From the human T2T-CHM13v2.0 reference genome, Homo sapiens, in assembly GCF_009914755.1 (NCBI RefSeq), contig NC_060937.1: a stretch of DNA of 64,000 nt. One strand, 5' to 3'. Shown one piece after another: positions 25,424 through 36,715 of the stretch. Position 1 is the first letter of the stretch. Each line of letters opens with the position of its first letter. The position numbers were made by a program, and so were the translations under genes. Under the pieces are notes generated by a model. That model did not search any database, was not told the origin of the DNA, and saw only the letters and a program-made list of their open reading frames with translations.

Positions 25424-26445
25424 TTCAGTTAGAAAAATGCAGAAAGGAGGATAGAAAGACAAGGAACAGATGGGACAATTTGAAAAATGTTTTCAATAGT
25501 GAATTATGATTCTAGTCATATCATTACTCATATTAAATGAGAATTGAGACAAAGTGTTAGAATGGATTTAAAAAAGGCAAGACCTTAATATGTGCTAGCT
25601 ACAAAATCCACTGCCAATAGAAAGACATGGAGGCATTTTAAAAGTAAAAGATGTACCGGCCCAAAGAAAGCTGAAGTGGCCATTTTAATATCAGATGAAG
25701 AGGACTTCAGAACAAAAATATCATCAGAGATGAAATATATTACATAATAATAAAGTTTTAATTTTCCCAGAAAACATCAAAATCCTAAATATGCAGCTAA
25801 CAAGCAAGAAAATGACATGACGTCAAGAGTAATGAGTCTTAGAGAAGACACATACAAATTCACAATTATTGGAGACTGCAGCACTCCTCAGTAGTTAATA
25901 ACTCAGATAGGCAGAAGGTCTGTAAGGTAGAGATTAACTGAAGAAATCTATCAAGCAGTTAGACCAAATCGACATTTATGGAACTCTTCACCCAACAACA
26001 ACAAAATACACACTCTCTTCATGGACACTTGACATATTTACCAAGATCAATAGGATTCTGAGTTATAAAACAAATTTTAATAAGCTTAATAGGAAGTAAT
26101 TACTACAAAGTTTGTACATATTTATGGCATACATATGATATTTTATTACATAAAATAAAAGTTATCAAATCAATGACCTCAGAATTTATCTCATGGAACT
26201 TTAAAAAAAGAATTAATTATTAATTGTATGCAAAATAGAAAAAAATAAAATAATGAGAAGAACAAAAATTAATGGAAGTGAAACTGAAAAATGATACAAA
26301 TCCTAAAAACCAAAGGCTGGCTTGCTGAAAATGAATCAATTTTTTGAAATACACAATCTACTAAAGCCTATTCCAGAAGAAATAGATACCTTGACTGGCC
26401 TTATATTTATTATAGAAATTAATGTTGTGTTTAAAATCTTTCTAT

Positions 26446-26487
26446 TTAGATTGGGTTAAAACCATGATTACTTTCACCCCAACCTAA
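26446..26487. mobile_element. MADE1 (mariner MITE), internally deleted
   Basis: ttagattggg...aaaaccatgattactttcaccccaacctaa keeps both MADE1 termini. Confidence 0.6.
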
Positions 26488-26945
26488 TTGCAGTTTCCAG
26501 TGGTTTTACCAGTGCATCATATCAAATATTTAAAGTAGAAATGGTACAAATACTATGCAATCTTCTGCAGAAAATAACAGGAAAGGAAACATTTTTAAAC
26601 TCATGTATGACCATCATTATCCTGATACCAATATTATACACTGGCATTACAAGCTTAGAAAACTCCAGGCCAATATCCCTTTGAACTTAGAGGCAAAAAA
26701 TACCTAGCAAAATACTAGCAAACTGAATCCAGCAATATGTAAAAAGAATAAATAATTCATCACAACCATGTGGGGTTTATCCCAGGAATGTAAATCTTTT
26801 TCAATGTATGAAAAGCAATCAGCGTAATTCACCATCAAGAAAAATCGCATGATCATGTCTATATATAGAGAAAAGAATGTCAAAATTCAATGTTCATTCA
26901 TGATAAAAAGAAATAACCATTTATCACACTAGGAATAGAAGAGAA

Positions 26946-27881
26946 TTTTCTTTCTTTTTTTTCAGACAGTGACTCACCCAGGGTCACGCAGCTCATAACA
27001 GCAGATCAGCCTGACTCAGGATACCCATTCCTCACTGTTAACACTAGTCTTTGTTCAACCTCCACTAGTGCACAGATGTGAGCATGCTGACTGATTGGTG
27101 AACACCCCTGACTCTCCCATGAGCGTGCAAGGTCCTCCAGGGGATCTTATTCATCTCGTAACCCCAGCATCCAGCATGGGCCAGGCACAACAGTAAAAGC
27201 TCAGCTAACATCATCACAAGACACCAGCCCCAGGAGGCCCGTGATCAGAGGATACCGAATGCCCCTTCTCTACCCAGTCTTGCCTTCCTAGCCCAGAGGG
27301 GCTTGCACTAATACTGGACTTGGCTTTCATTCCTGGAGTTCAGCTGCAGCGCGCCCTCCCACCGGCGACATGAGTCGGGTGGTCTCTGGGTGGGTCCCAG
27401 GAGGAGCATCTGTTTATAATAGGCAGCCCCGGAAAGATCTGAGACCCTGGGCAGGTCTTTGGCAGGCCAGCTCATGTCCCATGGGCACCATGTTTTGGAG
27501 CTGGATCGGTGCTGACTTGGCTTCTCGGAGGGAAAGAAAATACCCGCCAGAGACCTCAAACCACAGCAGGCTGGGCGGTGGGGTGGGAAGGTCACAGCGT
27601 GGAGGGTGCACAGCTCTCTGCTCCTGGCCCCTCCAGCAGGAGGCTGTTAATAAAAATCCATCCCTGTGGTCAGACGAGAATGAGCAGGCAAGCAACATCT
27701 AGCTTGTAAGACATTAGGGTTAGAACAGGGTGCTAGATAGCAGAGCGTGAGTGTGAGCATGACATAGGTTATGACTGGAATTTCCCCCCTTCACAACCCT
27801 GTCTATTTCCAAAAGGAGAGACCCTATCTCAAGTAGAGCAGCTTAGAACATGGGCTCTGGAGCCAGGCTGCCTGGGTTCAA
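26946..27881 (-). other. GC/CpG-rich ectopic segment with poly(A) tail; probable L1 3' transduction
   Basis: Poly(T) 26946-26962 on one side and L1PA4 tail on the other; abrupt composition shift; contains its own MIR/L2 remnants; interrupts the host L1. Confidence 0.65.
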
Positions 27882-28211
27882 TTATTATTTTTTTTTTAAT
27901 TATTATTATACTTTAAGTTCTAGGGTACATGTGCACAACGTGCAGGGTTACATATGTATACGTGTGCCATGTTGGTGTGCTGCACCCATTAACTCGTCAT
28001 TTACATTAGGTATATCTCCTAATGCTATCCCTCCCCTCTCCCCACATCCAATGACAGGCCCCGGTGTATGATGTTCCCCTTCCTGTGTCCAAGTGTTCTC
28101 ATTGTTCAATTCCCACCTATGAGTGAGAACATGCAGTGTTTGGCTTTTTGTCCTTGCGATAGTTTGCTGAGAATGATGGTTTCCAGCTTCATCCATGTCC
28201 CTACAAAGGAC
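27882..28211 (-). mobile_element. L1PA4-type 5'-truncated element
   Basis: ttatactttaagttctagggtacatgtgcacaacgtgcagg...tcatttacattaggtatatctcc...catccatgtccctacaaaggac. Confidence 0.95.
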
Positions 28212-29150
28212 TGACAAGATGACACTGGAACAAGAAAGCAAGAATATGCTAAAAACAGACTAACCAGTGATCAACCATGAGAACACGTGGGCATGGAACC
28301 AATCTGAAGGTGCTCCCAATGACGAAAATTGAAACAAAATAAGCAATAAAATGAACAGTGATATATTTGGATTATAACATAAAAGATAAAATAAAAATCT
28401 TTGAGTCCATATTAATATAAACATAAAACTAACTAAGCATTTAACTAACCAGAGAGAAATAATAATCTTTCCTCAGAGAAGAAATTCAATTAATATAAAT
28501 GTAGAAAGAACGATGAGAACAGAAAATTACCATTAAAGCACCATAGTAGTAATTGCCACAGACAAGGTTAACTGAAGAAAGCTAAAACTAGTGCACAAAA
28601 TTTAAAGAAGAAATAGCATATTTGCATAGCTTTATAGCATCACCCCTAAATATGCAGTAATTCCAGGGGAGAACTACAAGTTTACAGGGGATAATCCTTG
28701 CAGACACCATCTAAACCAAGTGTCCAAGGTTAATGTCACCTGTTACAATGCACTATGCCGTCCAATTATGCATGAGAAAATATCAGACAAACCCAAATTA
28801 AGAGACACTGCAAAATTGAATAATAAAAGAGTAGGAAATTTGGAAGAATACTCAAAGGAGGCTAAGGTGGCATGATTACCAAATAAAATGTAGGCTCTTG
28901 AATTATATCCCAAAATAGAAGAAAAGGATGTTTAAAAAACAAACAAAGTGGAGAGATCTGAATAAGTTCTATAGTTTACTTATTATTTCTACCAAAGTTA
29001 TTATTGTTTGCTATGATAATTGTTCTATGGTCACGTAAAATGTTAATTCCCAGGCGAGCTAAATGAAGGGTATCTGGGATTATCTGTACTGTCTTGTATA
29101 ACTCTTTTGTAATTATAAAATTGTGTCTAAATAAGAATTTAAAAAAAATC
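28212..29150 (+). mobile_element. L1MC3-type 3' UTR
   Basis: ccaatctgaaggtgctcccaatg..., atcagacaaacccaaattaagagac, aaatgaagggtatctgggattatctgtactgtcttg. Confidence 0.75.
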
Positions 29151-29348
29151 ACCAGGAGAAGAACATGAGCTTTAAAAGAAACCCCAAAACTTTAATTTAT
29201 TGTACTGCATTAGTATGGATATATTCCCCTCTGGAATTATTATAATCATATGCTGTTATGTGTGAATGTGATAATGTGTCTATAAATATCATCATTAAGT
29301 AGTAGAAAATATAGTTTTAAAAGAGCATGATTTTTAAAAAATTAACAT

Positions 29349-29831
29349 TGTACATGTTCTTAGTACCTGGTCCATATTCTCTCAAGTCAATCTAGAAGTC
29401 ACTTTCAGCTTCACTGGGCAATTTGCATGTGTGGTTGTAGCTTCCTTTCTCAAGTGCTGTGCCTCTCAGACCGAGGGCATCCTGTTCACAGAACCAAGCT
29501 CAGTTAGGTCTGAAGTGCCAAAGGAGTAGTGTCTCCAATAGGAACCATCAACCAACAAAGAACAAGAATTTGTGGATACATATCTTAAATCTTTGCCTCT
29601 TGGTAGTGCATTGCAGACTTGTGATTCATACAGTTTCTTAAAGGGTTGGCAGTGGGACTGGCTCCTCCGCACCTGCACCTGCTCATTGACCTCAGCCTTT
29701 CATACTTTCCTGAAGTCTTTCTCTCCCTTCCCCATTCCCCCAGTATGCTTCCTGGAATTCTCTCTCCAATGACTTATTTCCAGCAAATTTCTTGTGTCAG
29801 TGTTAGCTTTGGGGAAACCCAAATGAAGACA
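29349..29831 (+). mobile_element. LTR16-family (ERVL) solo LTR
   Basis: 3' end gcttcctggaattctctctccaat...tcagtgttagctttggggaaacccaaatgaagaca. Confidence 0.65.
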
Positions 29832-29922
29832 CACAGGAATTATAAAAATCTGTGTGTCTGTATATTAATATATGTCTCTCTCTATATAGCTGATAACTGG
29901 AGTGGAAGAAAGGGAGATTGTA

Positions 29923-29924
<2 letters not shown>

Positions 29925-29956
<32 letters not shown>
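29925..29956. repeat. (TG)n microsatellite
   Basis: About 16 TG units. Confidence 0.95.
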
Positions 29957-29958
<2 letters not shown>

Positions 29959-30434
29959 CGTTTGTTTTATAGGCCTGCTGTACACAATTACCACAAGCTT
30001 AATGGTTTAAAAGAACAGAAATGTATTCTCTTACAGTTCTAGAGGCTATAGGAAGTCCAAAATCAAGTTGGCGACAGGGCCAGGACTCTCTGAATGTTCC
30101 AGAGGAGAAGGTTTTCTTGGTTCTTCCAGCATTTGACGGTGGCCAGCAGTCCTCTGTGCCTCTTGGCTTGTAGGCACAGCACTCCAATGTCTGCCTCCAT
30201 CATGCTTCTGTCATCACGAGGCATTTCCTCTGTGTGTTTTTGTCTTTGTTTTCTACGTGGCCTTCTTAAATAGATACCAATTATTTGAATCTAAAAGTCC
30301 AATCTAATACAGTACGGCCTTTTCGTGACCAATTACATATGCAAACAAATATTTCCAGATGAGTTTACATTCACGGGTACTGGGAATTAGGACTTCAACA
30401 CATCTTTTAGGGAGACACACTTCAACCCACAGCA
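29957..30434 (-). mobile_element. MLT1C-type solo LTR
   Basis: ctgctgtacacaattaccacaagcttaatggtttaaaagaacagaaatgtattctcttacagttctagaggc...ggacttcaacacatctttt...ttcaacccacagca. Confidence 0.85.
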
Positions 30435-30721
30435 CATCATTATAATATATGATTTTTCCATATTATGTTGGATAGGGATGCGTAACCCACTTCTCTAAAA
30501 CTGATTGCAGTCTTCCTGGCCTCAAAATACAGTCCATGTTCAAATTTCAGAATAAAAACCATTAGAAGTGTCTTTCCATTGTTACTAATCAAACACATTC
30601 AGATATTAACAATTTAATGACTAACACATTGTCACTTTTCATTATTATTATTTTATTCAAGAAGCTATGTAAATAAATATATATATGATCTCTATTACCC
30701 ATTTTTGTATCCCCATGGAGT

Positions 30722-31197
30722 TGATACCGGCTATCTGTGATGGACCCTCAGCATCTCAACACATTTTTGATGGGGATACCAAGGATACGAAGCCTTGGCT
30801 TTTCTTTACCAGGCTATTTCTTAGCACTGGGTTTGCAGTGATTTAACTTGAGAGACAATGTTCTCTCATTTTTTTTTTTCTGAGTAAAGAGTAGACTTGT
30901 TTCTATTTGCTGTGAAGGCAGTGAACCCCCCAAGCTCTGTGTTCTTCCTCAGTGCAACCTACTGCATATATAAGCATTCATTAAGGCCCAAATGTATCAT
31001 CTCCATGACACTTCATGGCATAGAAACCTGAAACCAACCATATCACACTCATGTTACTTGTACCATCAGTAATAAAATCCCTTTTTCTCTGACCCAGGAG
31101 CTTCGTGTTTTCTGCCAGCATCAATGGGGACAGTAACAGGTTAATGTGTGAGCTTGAAAAGAGTGTAGCAATCCCAGACCCTTCACAGTTAATGACA
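30722..31197 (+). mobile_element. LTR40-family (ERVL) solo LTR
   Basis: agtaataaaatccc...tctctgacccaggagcttcgtgttttctgccagcatc...cagacccttcacagttaatgaca. Confidence 0.75.
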
Positions 31198-31459
31198 ATT
31201 CAATCAAGAAATACATTTTTTAAAAGTACAGTTATCATTAAAATACAGTCTCTGCAGAGTATCGTAATGTTGAGTGACTTATAATTTCGACTTTGTGCTT
31301 TTGTATATTGTTGGAGAAGTTAAAAGAATGAATAGCTATTACTTTTATAATAAAAATAAAGTTTAAAGATTCAGCCAGATGGCATCTTTATTTGGTTTGA
31401 ATTAGTCAGTGTATAATATATATTTTAACTAAATTCATACATATTTTAACATATTTTAA

Positions 31460-31797
31460 CTAAATTCATCCTTCAGATTTCTACTCAATTGTCTTTTCTT
31501 TTTAGAAGATTGTTTTAATCCCTTTGCTATTTCTTTACTTCTTAATACATATGTCAGTTTTAATTATCTATTTCATAGTGTAATACTTTGATAAATTAAT
31601 GATAGTGTTTACTATTTAACTAGGAACCCCATAAGAGCAGAGCTTTTTTTTATTTTCTTTTTAAAAAATTCTTCGTCTCTCCTTCCTCCTCCTTTTGTTC
31701 CTCTTCCTCATCCTCTTTTTCTTAACATTTTGTTTTCAGAGCCTAGCACAGTGCCACACCTATAGTAGGTACTCAATACATTTTTATTAGTTAACTA
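31460..31797 (+). mobile_element. L2 3' end
   Basis: cagagcctagcacagtgccacacctatagtaggtactcaatacattt. Confidence 0.6.
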
Positions 31798-32754
31798 AAT
31801 CATGTAACTTGGAGGCAAACATCTGGACCCGAAGTCATTCATGTCTCTTCTCGATTCTCCTGCATACAGATCATCATGATTTTCTAGTGACTTTTGGTGT
31901 TATGATAATCTCTTCATATTTTATAGATGACAGAATTCTCTCAGGCTCTAATTCCATACTCACTTCTTTAAAATATAGACTTATTGAAGGACTTGCAGGA
32001 CACTTCATGGTCAGAGCATCTGAGCTCCTGAATATTCCTTACCATCTTCCTATATTCCCCATTTTTCACAGTCTGATCTTGCCTCACTCAAAAGTGCCAT
32101 CATCTTCCTCAGTCTGTGCGTTTGTTTGATTCCATATTTCAACAGGCTCACTGTAATCACCCTCCAGTTTTTATACTAGGATCATTTCTTTAAGGAGCTG
32201 TGTCTGAGGCCCCCAGGCCTGGCCTCTGTATCATGACTGAAGAATTCCTTCCACAAACTAATGTGCTTCTTTAATCCCCTCTGCTTCCACCTATTGTAGC
32301 AATATTTGCATTGCTAAAAAAGTTTGCACTTGTCAATTTAATCTTTAAAACGGTAGCCTAAATTTAATTAACGGCAAAAACTTTTCCTTATTCATTGTTT
32401 TTATGGCTCCTAGAATAGTGCGGGGTGTCAGATAAGTAGCAAATGCAGAATGAAAGAAGAGTGCAGGGACACCTATTAAAGGATCCCAAGCTGAGCAGCA
32501 GCCAAAGAATATATATTTGGTTAAAATATTCTTTAAATCTTATTCTAAAATGAGAAGTCAAATTTGTACTGGATTTTTCAGAATGATTCCTAAAATTAAC
32601 TGTAAATATAATTTTAACTTGTCACATTGATTAATATGATTAGCCTGGTAAAGATTATTGTCAGGCTTTTAACAGGTAATAGATAAATTTAACTGAGTGT
32701 TAACTATATGCTGAGAAATATTTGAAGGGTTATACATACAGAAAATGATATTTC

Positions 32755-32912
32755 CCCATTTAAAATCTTATGAGGTGGGCATTAATATCACCTCCACTTT
32801 AATGGCAGGAAAACTGAGGCGCAGAGACGCTGTATAAGTCGCCCACATAACTAGAAAGTGGCAGAACCATGATTAGTGATTCTGGCTCCAGAGCCAACAG
32901 TTCTAACTAGAA
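32755..32912 (-). mobile_element. MIR
   Basis: tatgaggtgggcattaatatcacctccactttaatggcaggaaaactgaggcgcagaga...tctggctccagagcc. Confidence 0.75.
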
Positions 32913-33228
32913 GGCTACAAACATTCATATGCACTGCAAGCAGTATATTCTATACTCTCTGCCTCTTGTTTTCCCCATGTACATGCTCTAAACTCCAGAA
33001 CTGTGCACAGAGCCATAGTCATGCTATGTTGGACAGACAAAATTTGAGAAGTATGATGAATAAATTATCAATATCCCCCATAAATATGGTAAGAAAATGT
33101 GAACCTGGTAGTCTAGATATGGCCGAGCAGCAGAAATAAAATGAGATCATCATATTCCTTGAGATTTTAAAATATCTATCTTTCACCAATATATAAAGTC
33201 CTCGTCTCCCAGACTATAGCATCAAGCC

Positions 33229-34196
33229 TTAATAGACGTTTCTCAAAAGAAGATGTGCAAATGGCAAACAGGTATATGAAAATTGTTCAAAATCACTAAT
33301 CATCAGTGTTAAAAAACAAAATCCCAATGAGATATGACCTCACCCCAGTCAAAATGGCTATTATCAAAAAGACCAAAAAAAAAAAAAAAAATCCAAACAG
33401 TTGCTCGAGAGCATGTGGTGAAAAGGTAACTCATATACCATTGGTGGAAATGTAAATTAGTACAGCCATTCTAAAAAATAGTATGGAAGTTCCTCACAAA
33501 AACTAAAAATAGAACTACCATATGATCCAGTAATCCCATTACCAGATATGTATTCACAGGAAAAGAAAACAGTATATGAAAGAGTTATTTGCACACTCAT
33601 GTTTATTGCAATATTATTCATGGTAGCCAAGATATGGAATCAATCTCAATGCCCATCTACAGGATGAATGGGTAAAGAAAATGTGCTGTTTATAGACGAT
33701 GGAATACTATTCAGCCATAAAACAGAAGAAATCCAGTATTTGTGTCAACGTGGATGAACTTGGAGGACATTATGTTAAGTGAAATAAACCAGGCACAGAA
33801 AGACACACACAGCATGATTTCACTCATATGTGGGATCTAAACAAATTAATTTCATACAAGTAGAAAGTAGAATAGTGGTTACCAGAGACTGGGAGGGGAA
33901 GTAGAAAGAGGGGACCTGGAAAGTTTGGACAATGGGAACAAAGTTATATTTAGGAAGAATATGTTTTGGTGTTCCTGTTACACAGTAGGATGACTATAGC
34001 AGATAACAATGTAGTATCTATTTCAAGATAGTTAGGTTTTGAATGTTGTCATGCAAAGAAATGATAAATGTTTAATGTGATGGATATGGTAAATACCTCA
34101 ATTTGATTACCAAATTATGTATACATGCATTGAAACATAACCCTTTACCCCATGAATATGTACAATTATTATGTCAATTATAAATTTTAAAATTAA
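33229..34196 (+). mobile_element. L1MA6/7-type 3' segment
   Basis: aatagacgtttctcaaaagaagat...ctaaaaatagaactaccatatgatccag...taccccatgaatatgtacaattattatgtcaatta. Confidence 0.9.
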
Positions 34197-35292
34197 GTAA
34201 TAGTGAATATGTGTATGCATGAGTATACATTGTAATGTATACTTGCATATGTGTATTTGCCTGTGTTTGTGTTTGTACACACACCCATGTATATGCCATT
34301 GTGTGTACACTGAGCCTTTTTAAATTGACATATATGTATTTTTGCCATCTCTGATTGCTTTATTTTACTACTTGGCTGTCATTTTGTAAAATCCATGTTT
34401 TGGATTTGTGCTGTTCATCTTATTCTATTCTATATCTTTCTTTTATTTAGCTTAAAGCCTTTTTGAAATGAGGCAGGATATGGATTAAATGAATAAGCCA
34501 ACACAGAATGAGCATAACATGTAATAGTAACTAAATGTCAGATGCTTTTATTGAATTTTTGTGCTTTTAAAAGAGAAATGAAAAAAATTATTTGCATTTG
34601 CAAATGAGTATCTTCAGTGGAAAATACTACCTAGCACCAAGAGACATGTTAATATTAGGGTTAAAGCTTTTTAATATTTTTGGATGTTAAAAAATCGGGT
34701 TATTGAACATATTAACAACCATCCATTCATATTGTCTTAGTTGAGAAAGGCAATCTCAAATTCAATCAAGGATACAAAAGTGGCCTCTTTGTGAGATCAA
34801 CTACCCTAGTCATCTAAAAGGTCAATGGCATCTGCCCTTTTGCAAACCACTTATAAAGCGTGGGGGGCCATAGCATCTGTGGGCTTATCTTCCTTTTGCT
34901 TCTATAAATAAATCATCCTATTAAGAGGCATGGAAAGAAAAGGGTTTTTATGTCAGTAAAGAAAAGATGATTTAGAACACCGTAAAAAAGTAAAGTAGGG
35001 CTTTTTTAAGATGATTATAGAAGTAAACAAAATGGGGTACAGTCAGAAATACTACTGAATTTAAATTCTCAAACGTCTTATTTTTAAAATACTATTTTTT
35101 ATTTCTTTCATCACTATGATGCAAAATATGTTTCATCAGACCACCATTCACTTAGGATGCTGAAGTTTTTTCAGATTACTTGAATAATTTCAGATAGATG
35201 ATGAATTTTTGGTTTGATAGTAAATATAGATAAGGATGATTTTAAAATACAATGATTACAATTTTGGAATTTTTCCTTTTTTAAAAAACACA

Positions 35293-35650
35293 GGCCGGAT
35301 GTGATGGCTCAAGCCAGTAATCCCAGCACTTTGGGAGGCCAAGGCGGGTGAATCACCTGAGGTCGGGAGTTCAAGACCAGCCCGGCCAACGTGGTGAAAC
35401 CCCGTCTCTACTAAAAATATAAAACGCAGCCAGGTGTGGTGGCGAGTGCCTGTAGTCCCAAGCTACTCAGGAGGCTGAGGCAGGAGAATCGCTTCAACCC
35501 AGGAGGCAGAGGTTGGAGTGAGCCGAGATTGCACCACTGCACTCCAGCCTAGGTGACCAAGTAAGACTTTGTCTCAAAAAACAAATAAACAAACAAGCAA
35601 CACCAAAAAAAAAAAAAGAAAGAAAGAAAAGAAAGAAAGAGAAAAAAGAA
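35293..35650 (+). mobile_element. AluSx/Sq with a long A-rich tail
   Basis: Full dimer; tail contains aaac and aaag repeats. Confidence 0.93.
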
Positions 35651-35654
35651 ACAT

Positions 35655-35960
35655 AGGGGTGTGGTGGCTCACCCCTGTAATCCCAGCACTTTGGAGGCCA
35701 AGGTGGGTGGATTGGATCATGAGGTCAGGAGATCAAGACCATCCTGGTCAACATGGTAAAATCCCATCTCTACTAAACAATGCAAAAATTAGCCAGGCGT
35801 GGTGGTGTGTGCCTGTAGTCCCAACTACTCGGGGAGGCTGAGGCAGAAGAATTACTTGAACCCGGGAGGTGGAGATTGCAGTTAGCTGAGATCATGCCAC
35901 TGTGCTCCAGCCTGGTGACAGGGTGAGACTGTCTTGGAAAACACAAAAAACAAAAACAAA
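35655..35960 (+). mobile_element. AluSc-type, head-to-tail with the previous Alu
   Basis: gatcatgaggtcaggagatcaagaccatcctggtcaacatgg; ccagcctggtgacag. Confidence 0.9.
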
Positions 35961-36691
35961 CATGTCATGAGAAATAGATGGAGGCCACATAAAAATACCT
36001 TGCTTATATATTAATAATTCCAAGCATGATTAGAAAATAATGTCAAGTTTTAAAAATCTCTATTATGAAATAAAGTATGTGCAGAACAAAAAAGGTCAAT
36101 ATTTCTAGCTTTCTTATGATACATAATGTGATTTTCCATTCTAACAGTTTGAAAATGCTCTCCAATTTTAGATGAATAATTCTCTGACAAATATGCAATC
36201 TTGGCTTGAATTACCTCCAAATCATATCATCTGGAAGAATAATAACATATTTTTGCAGTTTTCTTCCTATTGTGAATGTATCCACATTTATTGAAAGTTA
36301 AAGTTGCACTAGGAATTTATAAACACCCTATAAAGGTCCTTATTTTCAGAGATAATGATATAAGCTTATCTGTCTTTGTTATTACTAAAATTTTGATCTG
36401 ACAGTACTCTATCAACACTTGGTTATGCAGAGCTTCAATGAATACTTAGAAGTATTCATTTTATATATAATATAATAAATTCTCCATAATTGCTATTATT
36501 TATGAATGCAATACTACAAAAATAGCACTACTGACATTTTTTAAAGATATTCAGACAGACAGGCCAATAGAGGAGGCCTTAATGATAACATCAATAGGAA
36601 AATACAGGAACAGTGAATGTACTCATTAAATAACAGAGCTAGCATTCATGTAATTTTAATCTGTGAGGGATCATTTTGTTATCTTATTATG

Positions 36692-36715
36692 GTGTGTGTG
36701 TGTGTGTGTGTGTGT
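36692..36715. repeat. (TG)n microsatellite
   Basis: About 12 TG units. Confidence 0.9.

Larger units (their letters stand above)
20210..26945 (+). mobile_element. Old L1 (L1MC/L1M4-type) 5'UTR, ORF1 and partial ORF2; host of several insertions
   Basis: ORF1-like atttgaagaaataatgac and cacacctaggcaaatcatacttaaactgctga; ORF2-like aaagaaagctgaagtggccattttaatatcagat and gtggggtttatcccaggaatg. Confidence 0.8.

Noticed and set aside
27308-27709. Four overlapping ORFs (66-110 aa) in the GC-rich insert, suggesting a processed pseudogene
   Set aside because: No recognisable domain, ORFs on both strands reflect GC content, and embedded MIR/L2 pieces point to non-coding genomic origin.
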